64,000 nucleotides of DNA, taken from NCBI RefSeq assembly GCF_041919455.1, contig NZ_JAYRTQ010000005.1, positions 33,079 through 97,078 of the forward strand, given 5' to 3'. The notes beneath the pieces are model-generated. The model had not been told where the DNA came from, did not search any database, and saw nothing but the letters and a program-made list of their open reading frames with translations. The position numbers and the translations under genes are program-made. Positions 56,522 through 64,000 of the stretch are shown in pieces; within the stretch, counting starts at the first letter, position 1, and each line of letters opens with the position of its first letter. Source of the DNA: Thermomonas sp. (GTDB taxonomy: Bacteria > Pseudomonadota > Gammaproteobacteria > Xanthomonadales > Xanthomonadaceae).

Positions 56522-56643
56522 TCGGCACCGAGTCGCTTGATCATCGCGATCTCCCCAGCGAGACGCGCGCGCCAGTCGCGCGCGCCTTCACGTCAGCCGA
56601 AGCGCGGTCGGCAGGCGTGGGAAATGCGTTAAAGCCGGCGCGG

Positions 56644-57732
56644 TCAGCGGCCGCGCATGCGCCCGAACAGGCCTCCAGACGGCTTGTTGGCGGGAGTGTC
56701 CGGTTCCGGCGGTGCGTCGCGGGTCGACTCGGCATAGCCGGTCGCGAGGTTGGCATTGACGAAATCGGCGACGTCTTCCTTCGCCACGCCGCTGGCCTCG
56801 GCGACCTCGGCCACGGTCGCCGGGCCTTTCATCATCGCGGTGGCGATGCGGAAGTGCTTGGGGTATTCGCGTTCGGTCTGCGGCCACTTCAGCAGGCGGT
56901 ACTTGCCGTCCGGATCGAGCCCCGGGAGCAGCGCGCCATGGCCGGCCAGCAGCCCGCCCAGCCATTGCAGGCGGGACAGCGGTTGCGCGGCACCGATCGC
57001 CGCGGCTTCGGATTCCCATGCCGTGGCATCCGGGGTGGCGAAATCCTCGAGCAGCAAGGTGCCGTCGAAATAGCCGACAAGGGGCTTGAGCGTGGCCGGG
57101 CCATGCCATGCCTTCGCCCGTGGATCGATCAGGATCGCGGGGGCATCGCCGCGCTGCAGGCGGACGCGACGTTCCAGTCCACCGGCCATCAACCATTGCG
57201 CCAGGCCACGATCCGGCGGCAACTGGAACACCGGTTCGGGTTCGCGGATCGGTTCCGGGACGGGTTCGGGTTCCGGCGCGGGGATCGCTGCCGGCTCGGG
57301 TTCCGGCGCCGCGATCGATTGCGGCGGCGCGGCCTCGACCTTCGGTGCTTCCGCTTCGGTCTTCGGGGCAGGCGCGGCGACCGGTGCCGCTGCAGCAGCG
57401 GCCTTCGCGGCGGCGGCCTCGACCGGTGCGTCCACCGCGATTTCGCTGAGCAACACAGTGAAATCGTCGGCACTGATCGGGCGCGGCAGGCGGTGATCGG
57501 TCTGGTTGCGATCCACGGACGTCAGGCCGATGACCTTGCGGCCCGCGGCATGCAGGCGCAGCCAGCTCATCGGTCCGTAGAGGCTGTCCATGTCGATGAC
57601 GACGTAATCGGCTTCGTCGCCTTCGACGAGTGTCCACAGGTTGCCGGTTTCCGCATTGGCGGCCTTGAAGGCGGCCTGCACCTCGGCTTTGGTCTTGCTG
57701 TCCATGCCGGTGGTGCCCAGGGTCAGTGCCAT
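56644..57732 (-). CDS. hypothetical protein: receiver-like N-domain, Pro/Ala/Glu-rich linker, conserved C-domain
   Basis: MALTLGTTGMDSKTKAEV...VVIDMDS...; ~60-aa PAPE-rich low-complexity linker. Confidence 0.5.
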   Translation of the reverse strand: MALTLGTTGMDSKTKAEVQAAFKAANAETGNLWTLVEGDEADYVVIDMDSLYGPMSWLRLHAAGRKVIGLTSVDRNQTDHRLPRPISADDFTVLLSEIAVDAPVEAAAAKAAAAAAPVAAPAPKTEAEAPKVEAAPPQSIAAPEPEPAAIPAPEPEPVPEPIREPEPVFQLPPDRGLAQWLMAGGLERRVRLQRGDAPAILIDPRAKAWHGPATLKPLVGYFDGTLLLEDFATPDATAWESEAAAIGAAQPLSRLQWLGGLLAGHGALLPGLDPDGKYRLLKWPQTEREYPKHFRIATAMMKGPATVAEVAEASGVAKEDVADFVNANLATGYAESTRDAPPEPDTPANKPSGGLFGRMRGR

Positions 57733-57861
57733 GGCGGTGATCCGCTGCCGAAAGCATGGAGTGTTTGCCATGTGTGCAGGCGGCGTCAACGGATGCATGG
57801 TCCGGTCGCCGTATTGCGGCGGCATCGCCGCCGGCGCATCCCGATTCAGGTGGGCAGCGCC

Positions 57862-58542
57862 TCAGCCGAAGCGCGTCGACTTCTTCGGCAGCTGCGATTT
57901 CAGGAACGCCATCTGGTCGGCCAAGATGTTGCGGTTGGACAGGATCAGGTGCTCGATCCAGCTTGGCCGGTATGGCACCGCCAGCAGCGGCATCCCCGCC
58001 TGCTGTGGCGTCCGGTTGCCCTTGCGCGAATTGCAGTGGTAGCAGGCGGTGACCACGTTTTCCCAGATGTCGCGCCCGCCCTTGGAGACCGGCTGAACAT
58101 GGTCGCGGGTGAGGGTCGAGCGCGGGTAGGCGTTGCCGCAGTAGAGGCAGAGTTGCTGGTCGCGGGCGAACAGCGCCGGGTTGGTCAGCGCCGGGGTGGG
58201 ATCCAGCGCATGCGGGCGCGCGTGCCCGCGCGCGGCAATGATCGGGTGCAGGTGCATGACGCTGCGCTCCCCGCTGGCGCGATTGATGCCGCCATGCACT
58301 TCCAGGCAGGGCTCACCCAGGGTCCAGGCCACCGCGCCGCGTGCGTAAAGGCAGGTCGCGTCCTGCCAGCTCATCCAGTCCAGCGCACGGCCATGCGCAT
58401 CCAGCGCCAGCAGGCGCAGGCCGGCGAAGGGCGATGCGCCTGCACTGTTGAGGAATTCGGGGGAAAGCGGCCCATCCGCATGACCTGTCGCGGATCGGGT
58501 TCCGGCATGGACCGGGCGTAGCGTTGCGCTAGCGGTTCCCAT
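57862..58542 (-). CDS. HNH endonuclease family protein
   Basis: C-terminal CLYCGN...DHVQPVSKGGRDIWENVVTACYHCNSRKGN (HNH with Cys4). Confidence 0.7.
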   Translation of the reverse strand: MGTASATLRPVHAGTRSATGHADGPLSPEFLNSAGASPFAGLRLLALDAHGRALDWMSWQDATCLYARGAVAWTLGEPCLEVHGGINRASGERSVMHLHPIIAARGHARPHALDPTPALTNPALFARDQQLCLYCGNAYPRSTLTRDHVQPVSKGGRDIWENVVTACYHCNSRKGNRTPQQAGMPLLAVPYRPSWIEHLILSNRNILADQMAFLKSQLPKKSTRFG

Positions 58543-58649
58543 GGGGAAACCAGCTTATACGCCTCCGGTGACGATTTGGGTACAGTCCTGGCCGGTACCG
58601 ACGACGCTTGCCATCGCGCCCGACATCGGCCGGGCGCGATGGGGATCCT

Positions 58650-60443
58650 TCACTCCGCGCCGAAGGCGTCGGCCGGCATCGCCATCAGGGGTGCCGCGCC
58701 GCTTTCGATCGCCGCCTTGTGCGCCAGCGTGCGCGGTAGCAGCCGCGCGAAGTAGAAGCGGGCGGTGTCGCGCTTGGCGTCCTTGAACGCCTGCGGACGA
58801 TCGGAGGCATCGGCAGCGGCCACGCTGCGCGCCCACCAGTAGGCCAGCACGATGTAACCGGAATAGAAGAGGTAGTCGGTGCTGGCGGCGCCGAGTTCTT
58901 CCGGATTGCTTGCCGCACGCTGCAGCACGTCGATGGTCAGTTTGCCCCACTCGGCGGATTTCGCGCGCAGGGGAGCGATGAATTCCGCCAGTGCCTCGTC
59001 GCCTTCTTGCTGCTTCGCGAAGGCTTCCACTTCGGCCAGGAACAACTTCAGGCCCGCACCCTGGGTGGCGGCAGTCTTGCGGCCGATCAGGTCCAGCGAC
59101 TGGATGCCGGTGGTGCCTTCGTACAAGGTCGTAATGCGCGCATCGCGTGCCAGCTGTTCGATGCCGTGTTCGGCGATGTAGCCGTGGCCGCCGAAGCACT
59201 GCACCGCGTTGTAGGTGTTCTCGATGCTCCATTCGGTCAGGCAGGCCTTGGAGATCGGGGTCAGGAAGCCGGCCAGGATGTCCGCACGTTCGCGCTCGGC
59301 GGGATCGTCCGACTTCTCGGCGATGTCGAGCTGCGAATAGGCATGCAGGCTGAGCAGGCGGCCGCCTTCGACCAGCGCCTTCTGCGACAGCAGCATGCGG
59401 CGCACGTCGGGGTGGACGATGATCGGATCGGCCGGCTTGTCGGGCAGCTTCGCGCCGGACAGCGAACGCGACTGCAGGCGCTCGCGGGCGTAACGCAACG
59501 CATTCTGGTAGGCGCGCTCCGACAGGCCCAGGCCCTGCACGCCAACGCCGAGCCGCGCGGAATTCATCATCACGAACATCGCCTGCAGGCCCTTGTGCGG
59601 CTGGCCGACCAGGTAGCCTTCCGCACCATCGAAATTCATCACGCAGGTGGCGGAGCCGTGGATGCCCATCTTGTGTTCGATCGCGCCGCAGCGGAGTGAA
59701 TTGCGTTCGCCGACGCTGCCGTCGCGGCCGACCTTGAACTTCGGTACCACGAACAGCGAGATGCCCTTGGCGCCGGCGGGCGCGTCGGGCAGCTTGGCCA
59801 GCACCAGGTGGACGATGTTCGGTACCAGGTCATGCTCGCCGGCGGTGATGAAGATCTTGGTGCCGGTGACCGAGTACTTGCCGTCGTCGATCGGTTCCGC
59901 GCGGGTCTTGAGCAGGCCCAGGTCGGTGCCGCAATGCGGCTCGGTCAGGCACATCGTGCCGGTCCAGGTGCCGGCCACCAAGGGTTCCAGGAACACCTTC
60001 TTCTGCCAGTCCTCGCCGTAGGTCTCCAGCGCCTTGACCGCGCCGTGCGACAGCATCGGGAAATTGCCCCATGCGAGGTTGGCGGCATCGACCATCTCGG
60101 TCAGGACCGCGCCGACCACCGCCGGCATGCCCTGGCCGCCGTGCTCGGGCGCATTGGTCAGGCCGGTCCAGCCGCCTTCCACGAACTGGTCGAAGGCCTG
60201 CTTGAAGCCGGGCGGTGCGGTGACGTCACCGGTCGCCTTGTCGTAGCTGCAGCCGATCTCGTCGCCGACCTTGTTGAGCGGTGCCAGCACGGCTTCGGAG
60301 AAGCGCGCGGCTTCGTCGAGGACGGCGTCGACCAGTTCGCGGTTGGCGTCGACGTGGCCGAGGCGGGCGAACAGCGCTTCCGCGCCGAGGACGTCGTAAA
60401 GGGCGAAGCGCAAATCGTCCAGCGGGGCCTTGTAGGTGCTCAT
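58650..60443 (-). CDS. long-chain acyl-CoA dehydrogenase (FadE-like, ~600 aa)
   Basis: ACAD N/M/C domains plus C-terminal extension. Confidence 0.85.
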   Translation of the reverse strand: MSTYKAPLDDLRFALYDVLGAEALFARLGHVDANRELVDAVLDEAARFSEAVLAPLNKVGDEIGCSYDKATGDVTAPPGFKQAFDQFVEGGWTGLTNAPEHGGQGMPAVVGAVLTEMVDAANLAWGNFPMLSHGAVKALETYGEDWQKKVFLEPLVAGTWTGTMCLTEPHCGTDLGLLKTRAEPIDDGKYSVTGTKIFITAGEHDLVPNIVHLVLAKLPDAPAGAKGISLFVVPKFKVGRDGSVGERNSLRCGAIEHKMGIHGSATCVMNFDGAEGYLVGQPHKGLQAMFVMMNSARLGVGVQGLGLSERAYQNALRYARERLQSRSLSGAKLPDKPADPIIVHPDVRRMLLSQKALVEGGRLLSLHAYSQLDIAEKSDDPAERERADILAGFLTPISKACLTEWSIENTYNAVQCFGGHGYIAEHGIEQLARDARITTLYEGTTGIQSLDLIGRKTAATQGAGLKLFLAEVEAFAKQQEGDEALAEFIAPLRAKSAEWGKLTIDVLQRAASNPEELGAASTDYLFYSGYIVLAYWWARSVAAADASDRPQAFKDAKRDTARFYFARLLPRTLAHKAAIESGAAPLMAMPADAFGAE

Positions 60444-60547
60444 GCGGCGTTACCAGTCGTGACGGACCGCCGGTCGGCCCGTGGAAACGCAAGCATACTA
60501 CGGCGTATGGTTTGCCGGAATCCTCCCGGAAAACGCGCTCCGCATCC

Positions 60548-61018
60548 TCAGCGCAGTACGCCTGGCAGGCCGGGCACTGGCGCCAGCGCGCTCTTGCGCT
60601 CGATCTTGTAACTGCGCGGCTTGCCGTCTTCCGGGCCGGCTTCCACCGTGCCCCCCAGCGTGTAATTCAAGCCCTGGCCATCGGCGAGGGCATTGGCCAG
60701 CCGCGCGCGGCCCGCTGGCAGCGGGGTCAGCGTGGCGGTGAACACATCGGCCGATTCCGGGCCGATGCTGATGCCCGGCTGCGCCTGCAGTTTCGCCGCC
60801 GCGCCGTTGTCGAAGGCGATATCCAGGTTGGCGTCGCTGAAACGCATCGGCACGCTGCTGAAATTGTCCAGCCGCACCACCACGTCCCAGCGGCCATCGG
60901 CGCGCACGCTCAGCTGCTGGATGCCGGCTGCAGGCTCGGAAACCCGCTTCACCGGCCCGCCGCCGCAGGAGGCAAGCGCAAGGACGGCGGTGGCGATCAG
61001 TGCGTGGCGGAGCTTCAT
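60548..61018 (-). CDS. lipoprotein (LEA14/NDR1-like beta-sandwich)
   Basis: MKLRHALIATAVLALASCGGG lipobox. Confidence 0.5.
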   Translation of the reverse strand: MKLRHALIATAVLALASCGGGPVKRVSEPAAGIQQLSVRADGRWDVVVRLDNFSSVPMRFSDANLDIAFDNGAAAKLQAQPGISIGPESADVFTATLTPLPAGRARLANALADGQGLNYTLGGTVEAGPEDGKPRSYKIERKSALAPVPGLPGVLR

Positions 61019-61074
61019 GGCGGTTCCTTCGGCGGTTTGCCCGAGGATAGCCGCAATCCCGACCGCCTTACGCG

Positions 61075-61263
61075 TCAGTAACCGGCCTCGACATTGGCGA
61101 CCGGCAATTCGCGGATATAGATGTCCTTGGCCGCGATGAAGGCTTCCGCGTAGCGGTAGGCCTCGCGCCCCAGCTCGATCCGCGCGGCCTCGCTGACCAA
61201 ATCGACGCGGTTGGCGGACACCAGTTCGGCGAACAACCTCAGGGCGATGTCGTGGATGTCCAT
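61075..61263 (-). CDS. hypothetical small protein (62 aa)
   Basis: ORF only. Confidence 0.35.
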   Translation of the reverse strand: MDIHDIALRLFAELVSANRVDLVSEAARIELGREAYRYAEAFIAAKDIYIRELPVANVEAGY

Positions 61264-61348
61264 GCGGGTTTCCTCGGGCGATGGCGGCGACCATACACCG
61301 CGCCTGCGCGCGGCGCGATATCGGGGATCATCGAAGCTCCTGAAAGCG

Positions 61349-61374
61349 AAAACCCCGCGCGAGGCGGGGTTTGC
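61349..61374 (-). terminator. rho-independent terminator hairpin immediately 3' of the tRNA/tmRNA-like fragment
   Basis: AAACCCCGCCTCGCGCGGGGTTTTCGCTTT on the minus strand: 8-bp GC stem, 4-nt loop, T-tract. Confidence 0.5.
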
Positions 61375-61392
61375 GGCATCGTCTTCCGGAGT

Positions 61393-61440
61393 GGTGGCCG
61401 GGGAGGGAATCGAACCCCCGACACGGGGGGATATGTGGGG
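61393..61440 (-). other. tRNA/tmRNA-like 3'-terminal fragment (T-arm + acceptor 3' strand + CCA): attachment-site remnant
   Basis: Minus strand reads ...GTGTC GGGGG TTCGATT CCCTC CCCGGCC A CCA-3'. Upstream sequence does not fold into D/anticodon arms and no tmRNA tag frame was found, so the gene is not complete. Confidence 0.45.
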
Positions 61441-61564
61441 TTCGCTGGTGTTCGGCTACGTCCGGATACCTCGGAAAATCAAGCATTCGTAGTCCGCTAC
61501 GGTTCGCTTGCGTTCGCTGTAGTCTTTCCGTACTGTGTCCGTACGGAAATCGCAGACTGAATCG

Positions 61565-62734
61565 ATGCCACGTTTCCAGATCGACAAAACCACCGTGCGT
61601 AACAAGCTTCCTCAACGCAGGGAGCCTTACTGGGGTGCGCCTGTTGAACGGGGGCTCTTTGTCGGGTTTCGGAGGCTTGCGATTGGCGGCAACTGGATCG
61701 CCCGTTTCAGAACCGCGGACGGCAAGCAGGCGTACCAGTCCCTGGGGGCGGTCACGGCCGAGAACGACTACGAGAGGGCCAAACAGGAAGCCCGGCGTTG
61801 GCGTAAGGGCTTGGAGGCTGGAATCCGACAGTCAGATGTCGTCACCGTGGCTGACGCTTGCCGGTTCTATGTCACCGAGCTTCAGCGAGAGAAGCGAGAC
61901 AACACGGCCAAGGCTGCCCAGCAGACCCTCGCCAGGACCGTACTGGGCGACTCCCTCGGCGATATCAAGCTCGACCAGCTACGGGAACGCCATTTGGTCG
62001 AATGGCGCGAGCGCCTGGAGTCGGGAGAGTTCACGCCCAGCCCAGTAAAGGGGGGCAAGGCGGTCAAGGCTTTGTCTCCGCCGGTCTTCAAGCGAACCCT
62101 CTCCACCCTCAAGGCAGCCCTCAATCTGGCCGTGCGCAAGCGCTACGTGAGCCCGGATCGGGCCATCGAGTGGAAGGAGATCAAGCCCGAAAAGGACGCT
62201 GATGGGCGTCGGGATCTGTATCTGGATCGAAACCAGCGTAGGGCGCTTCTGGAAGCCGCCGACGAGCCTACTAGGGCCCTTATGGAATGCATCGCCCTGA
62301 CCGGCTGCCGGCCCGGCGACCCCGCAGCAGCGCTCAGGAAGCATTACGACGCCAAGACTGGGTCTGTCACGTTCATCACCAAGGGTCGGAACCGCACCAT
62401 CCCTGTGTCTCCGACGGCCAAAGCGCTGTTGGACAAGATGGCAAAAGGCAAGCTGCCAATGGCATACCTGTTCACTCAGGCGGACGGGTCACCGTGGGAT
62501 TCGAGGACTTGGTACGACCACGTGCGCGCCGCAGTTGAAAAAGCGGGGCTACCGCGTGAGACCGTTCTCTACAACCTGCGCCACTCATGGATAACTGACG
62601 CGATCATTGGCGGCATGGACTTGTTGACCGTAGCAAAGCTAACGGGCACGTCCTTGGCGATGATCGAAAAGCATTACGGACACCTCGTACAAGGAGCCGC
62701 AAGAGACAAGCTGGCGAAGTTAGATTTCGTCTAG
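61565..62734 (+). CDS. int: tyrosine-type phage integrase
   Basis: 389 aa. C-terminal catalytic region ...LYNLRHSWITDAIIGGMDLLTVAKLTGTSLAMIEKHYGHL (R...H-x-x-R...Y). Two hairpins downstream (ATCCCCgaaGGGGAT; CCGGGGAttgcagTCCCCGG). Confidence 0.85.
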   Translation: MPRFQIDKTTVRNKLPQRREPYWGAPVERGLFVGFRRLAIGGNWIARFRTADGKQAYQSLGAVTAENDYERAKQEARRWRKGLEAGIRQSDVVTVADACRFYVTELQREKRDNTAKAAQQTLARTVLGDSLGDIKLDQLRERHLVEWRERLESGEFTPSPVKGGKAVKALSPPVFKRTLSTLKAALNLAVRKRYVSPDRAIEWKEIKPEKDADGRRDLYLDRNQRRALLEAADEPTRALMECIALTGCRPGDPAAALRKHYDAKTGSVTFITKGRNRTIPVSPTAKALLDKMAKGKLPMAYLFTQADGSPWDSRTWYDHVRAAVEKAGLPRETVLYNLRHSWITDAIIGGMDLLTVAKLTGTSLAMIEKHYGHLVQGAARDKLAKLDFV

Positions 62735-62821
62735 CGTCAAATCCCCGAAGGGGATAAGCGGCGCGACCGGGGATTGCAGTCCCCGGCCACGCCTTCCACA
62801 ACCGTTGTAGGAGCAACAGTC

Positions 62822-63223
62822 ATGGCATCGCAGATTGTAGATGAGGGCGGCTCACGCCCGGAAATCAGCACCAACTCCCCCCGAGACACTCGACCGTCAA
62901 CCCTCGCAGAAGCGTTGGGTGCGCTGAGTTACGTCCAGCGAAGCTGGGCGGCAACCCGTCTGCCTTTCCCCTCCGAATGGATCGGCTTGCGCCACAAGCT
63001 TGAAAGCGCAGAAGAAGCTGTCAGCGCGTTATGGGGCTTGCATCTCCTACTCCGGAGGCATCATTTCGCCCGCCAAGTCGCGGAAGACAGCGCGGTTGAG
63101 TACGTTGGCCTCAATGACTCCGATGCGGAATCCCTCGGGTCGGCTATCGGCTTCCTCGCGAAGTCTGCGTCGAATGCGCTAGAGACTGTCCGTGTAGTGG
63201 TCTCCACGAAGGAGGGCGCGTAA
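62822..63223 (+). CDS. hypothetical phage-island protein (134 aa)
   Basis: ORF following int. Confidence 0.45.
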   Translation: MASQIVDEGGSRPEISTNSPRDTRPSTLAEALGALSYVQRSWAATRLPFPSEWIGLRHKLESAEEAVSALWGLHLLLRRHHFARQVAEDSAVEYVGLNDSDAESLGSAIGFLAKSASNALETVRVVVSTKEGA

Positions 63224-63663
63224 TGGCCGCCCTCCGAATGCAATTCCCGATGTACCCCCGTCAATGCGACCGGTGCGACGCCGAGGGCCAAGTGTTCCGC
63301 TGCGAGTTCGACAATGCCGCCGGCTCATTCGTGCGCTGCCTGTGTGGCGCTTGTTCGGACAAGCTTCGGAAGATGAGCAAGGCTCGCCGCTGGCAGGCCA
63401 ACATCCGCGCCATGGTTCGGCATGCGTCCCGCTACTCGCCTGCTTTCGGCGAGTTCGTTGCGCAGTGGTACGGCGTGAAGACAAAGCCCCGCAAGCGCTC
63501 CATCGGTGAAGTCATCGCGGACGCCTACGAGCTGGCAGGCAAGGACATGGCCGTGGTCGAAGGCTTCCTGCGCGCCCATCGTGTCAGCGGCCTGGACATG
63601 GACTTGGACAGCCTGAGAGCGGCTGAGGACGCGACTCTGCGCGCAATGTGGGGTGGCAAATGA
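63223..63663 (+). CDS. hypothetical protein with Cys4 zinc-ribbon-like N-terminus
   Basis: CDRCDAEGQVFRCEFDNAAGSFVRCLCGACSDKL. TAATG overlap. Confidence 0.5.
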   Translation: MAALRMQFPMYPRQCDRCDAEGQVFRCEFDNAAGSFVRCLCGACSDKLRKMSKARRWQANIRAMVRHASRYSPAFGEFVAQWYGVKTKPRKRSIGEVIADAYELAGKDMAVVEGFLRAHRVSGLDMDLDSLRAAEDATLRAMWGGK

Positions 63664-63977
63664 CTGCGCCCGCCGGCTCTGTCGCGGAGAGCTATGTGCA
63701 GAGCATCCTCCAAGTCGTGGAGCTGCTGGATAACGGCGAGACGGTCGAAAGCCTGACCCGACGCGCAGAGTCGCTTCCGATCGAACAAAGGGGGCCGTTC
63801 CTCGGAGTACTCGACATTGCGGCCATCCTTGCCCAATGCGTGTCAAACGCCGCGCCGTTGGATTCCCCGGTCTTGCCCTTGGTGAGCCGGCCTGCCTACC
63901 GGAAAGGAACCGCGCGCAAGCCGATACCGTGGAACAAATGCCTCTGGCAGCCGACGCCAGAAGGAACGCAGCCATGA
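63660..63977 (+). CDS. hypothetical protein (105 aa)
   Basis: ATGA overlap. Confidence 0.45.
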   Translation: MTAPAGSVAESYVQSILQVVELLDNGETVESLTRRAESLPIEQRGPFLGVLDIAAILAQCVSNAAPLDSPVLPLVSRPAYRKGTARKPIPWNKCLWQPTPEGTQP

Positions 63978-64000
63978 CCGCCATCATCATCCCGTTCCCC
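63974..64000 (+). CDS. hypothetical protein, 5' end only (runs off window)
   Basis: ATGACCGCCATCATCATCCCG... starting in ATGA overlap. Confidence 0.3.

Larger units (their letters stand above)
61393..64000. mobile_element. left boundary of an integrase-bearing prophage/genomic island extending beyond the window
   Basis: tRNA-like att fragment, tyrosine integrase, then tightly coupled small phage-like ORFs running off the right edge. Confidence 0.55.

Noticed and set aside
61393-61470. Possible complete tRNA gene
   Set aside because: Only the T-arm, acceptor 3' strand and CCA are present. Upstream sequence cannot form an anticodon or D arm, and no complementary acceptor 5' strand is found.
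61393-61760. Possible complete ssrA (tmRNA) on the minus strand
   Set aside because: It would overlap the integrase coding region. No tag-peptide reading frame ending in a hydrophobic Ala-rich tail was found.
1-64000. CRISPR arrays, rRNA, group II introns, IS elements
   Set aside because: No regularly spaced direct repeats and no rRNA-like segments seen. The only transposase is the MuA-like gene inside the prophage block.

Overview
This is a high-GC (~67%) gammaproteobacterial window that looks Xanthomonadaceae-like. The gene content (bifunctional lysAC, murL–murD2, rmlBACD in that order, REP-like hairpins) points that way, but no database search was possible.

(1) Bases 1 to ~16.1 kb hold a Mu-like, transposable-phage-type prophage or prophage remnant. 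On the minus strand at the left edge it carries a lysis cassette: holin, small TM peptide, SLT endolysin, 2-TM protein and an Rz-like spanin that runs off the window. An XRE repressor operon diverges from a Ner-like gene. Then come a MuA-like DDE transposase, a MuB-like AAA+ ATPase, a long run of tightly coupled small early genes including RdgC, ASCH and GemA-like, and a Mor/C-family activator. The block ends only ~170 bp upstream of host lysAC.

(2) Host operon lysAC–murL–murD2 (alternative D-Glu route into peptidoglycan), a secreted dienelactone hydrolase, a tandem REP-like repeat and ispB follow.

(3) The most unusual locus is a seven-gene leftward operon at 23.8–35.0 kb. It encodes an RHH–YjfI fusion, a PspA/IM30 homolog, a YqiJ(NfeD)-like protein, flotillin YqiK, a 1,779-aa protein with an embedded MoxR/dynein-type AAA+ module, a 229-aa coiled-coil protein and TelA. 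A 13-13-13 AT-rich perfect palindrome lies on the start codon of the first gene. I read this as a candidate membrane-stress / membrane-remodelling system.

(4) Next are ssb, the rmlBACD dTDP-rhamnose genes ending in a large imperfect palindrome, an OafA-type acyltransferase, an M15 peptidase and assorted hydrolases. An SPFH–Arc–DUF4177 operon carries tandem TTGATATCAA palindromes. Further host genes are purT, bpt, a six-EF-hand protein, tesB, ampD and rlmL. aqpZ is split by two frameshifts. An HNH nuclease and an acyl-CoA dehydrogenase follow.

(5) At 61.4 kb a tRNA/tmRNA-like 3' fragment with a retained terminator, followed by a tyrosine integrase, marks the start of a second integrative element that runs off the right edge.

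There are no CRISPR arrays, no rRNA and no complete tRNA gene. Start codons are inferred by eye. The displayed sequence and the ORF table disagree by 1 nt in a few places (for example around 1680/1681), so coordinates I derived myself are ±1–2 nt.
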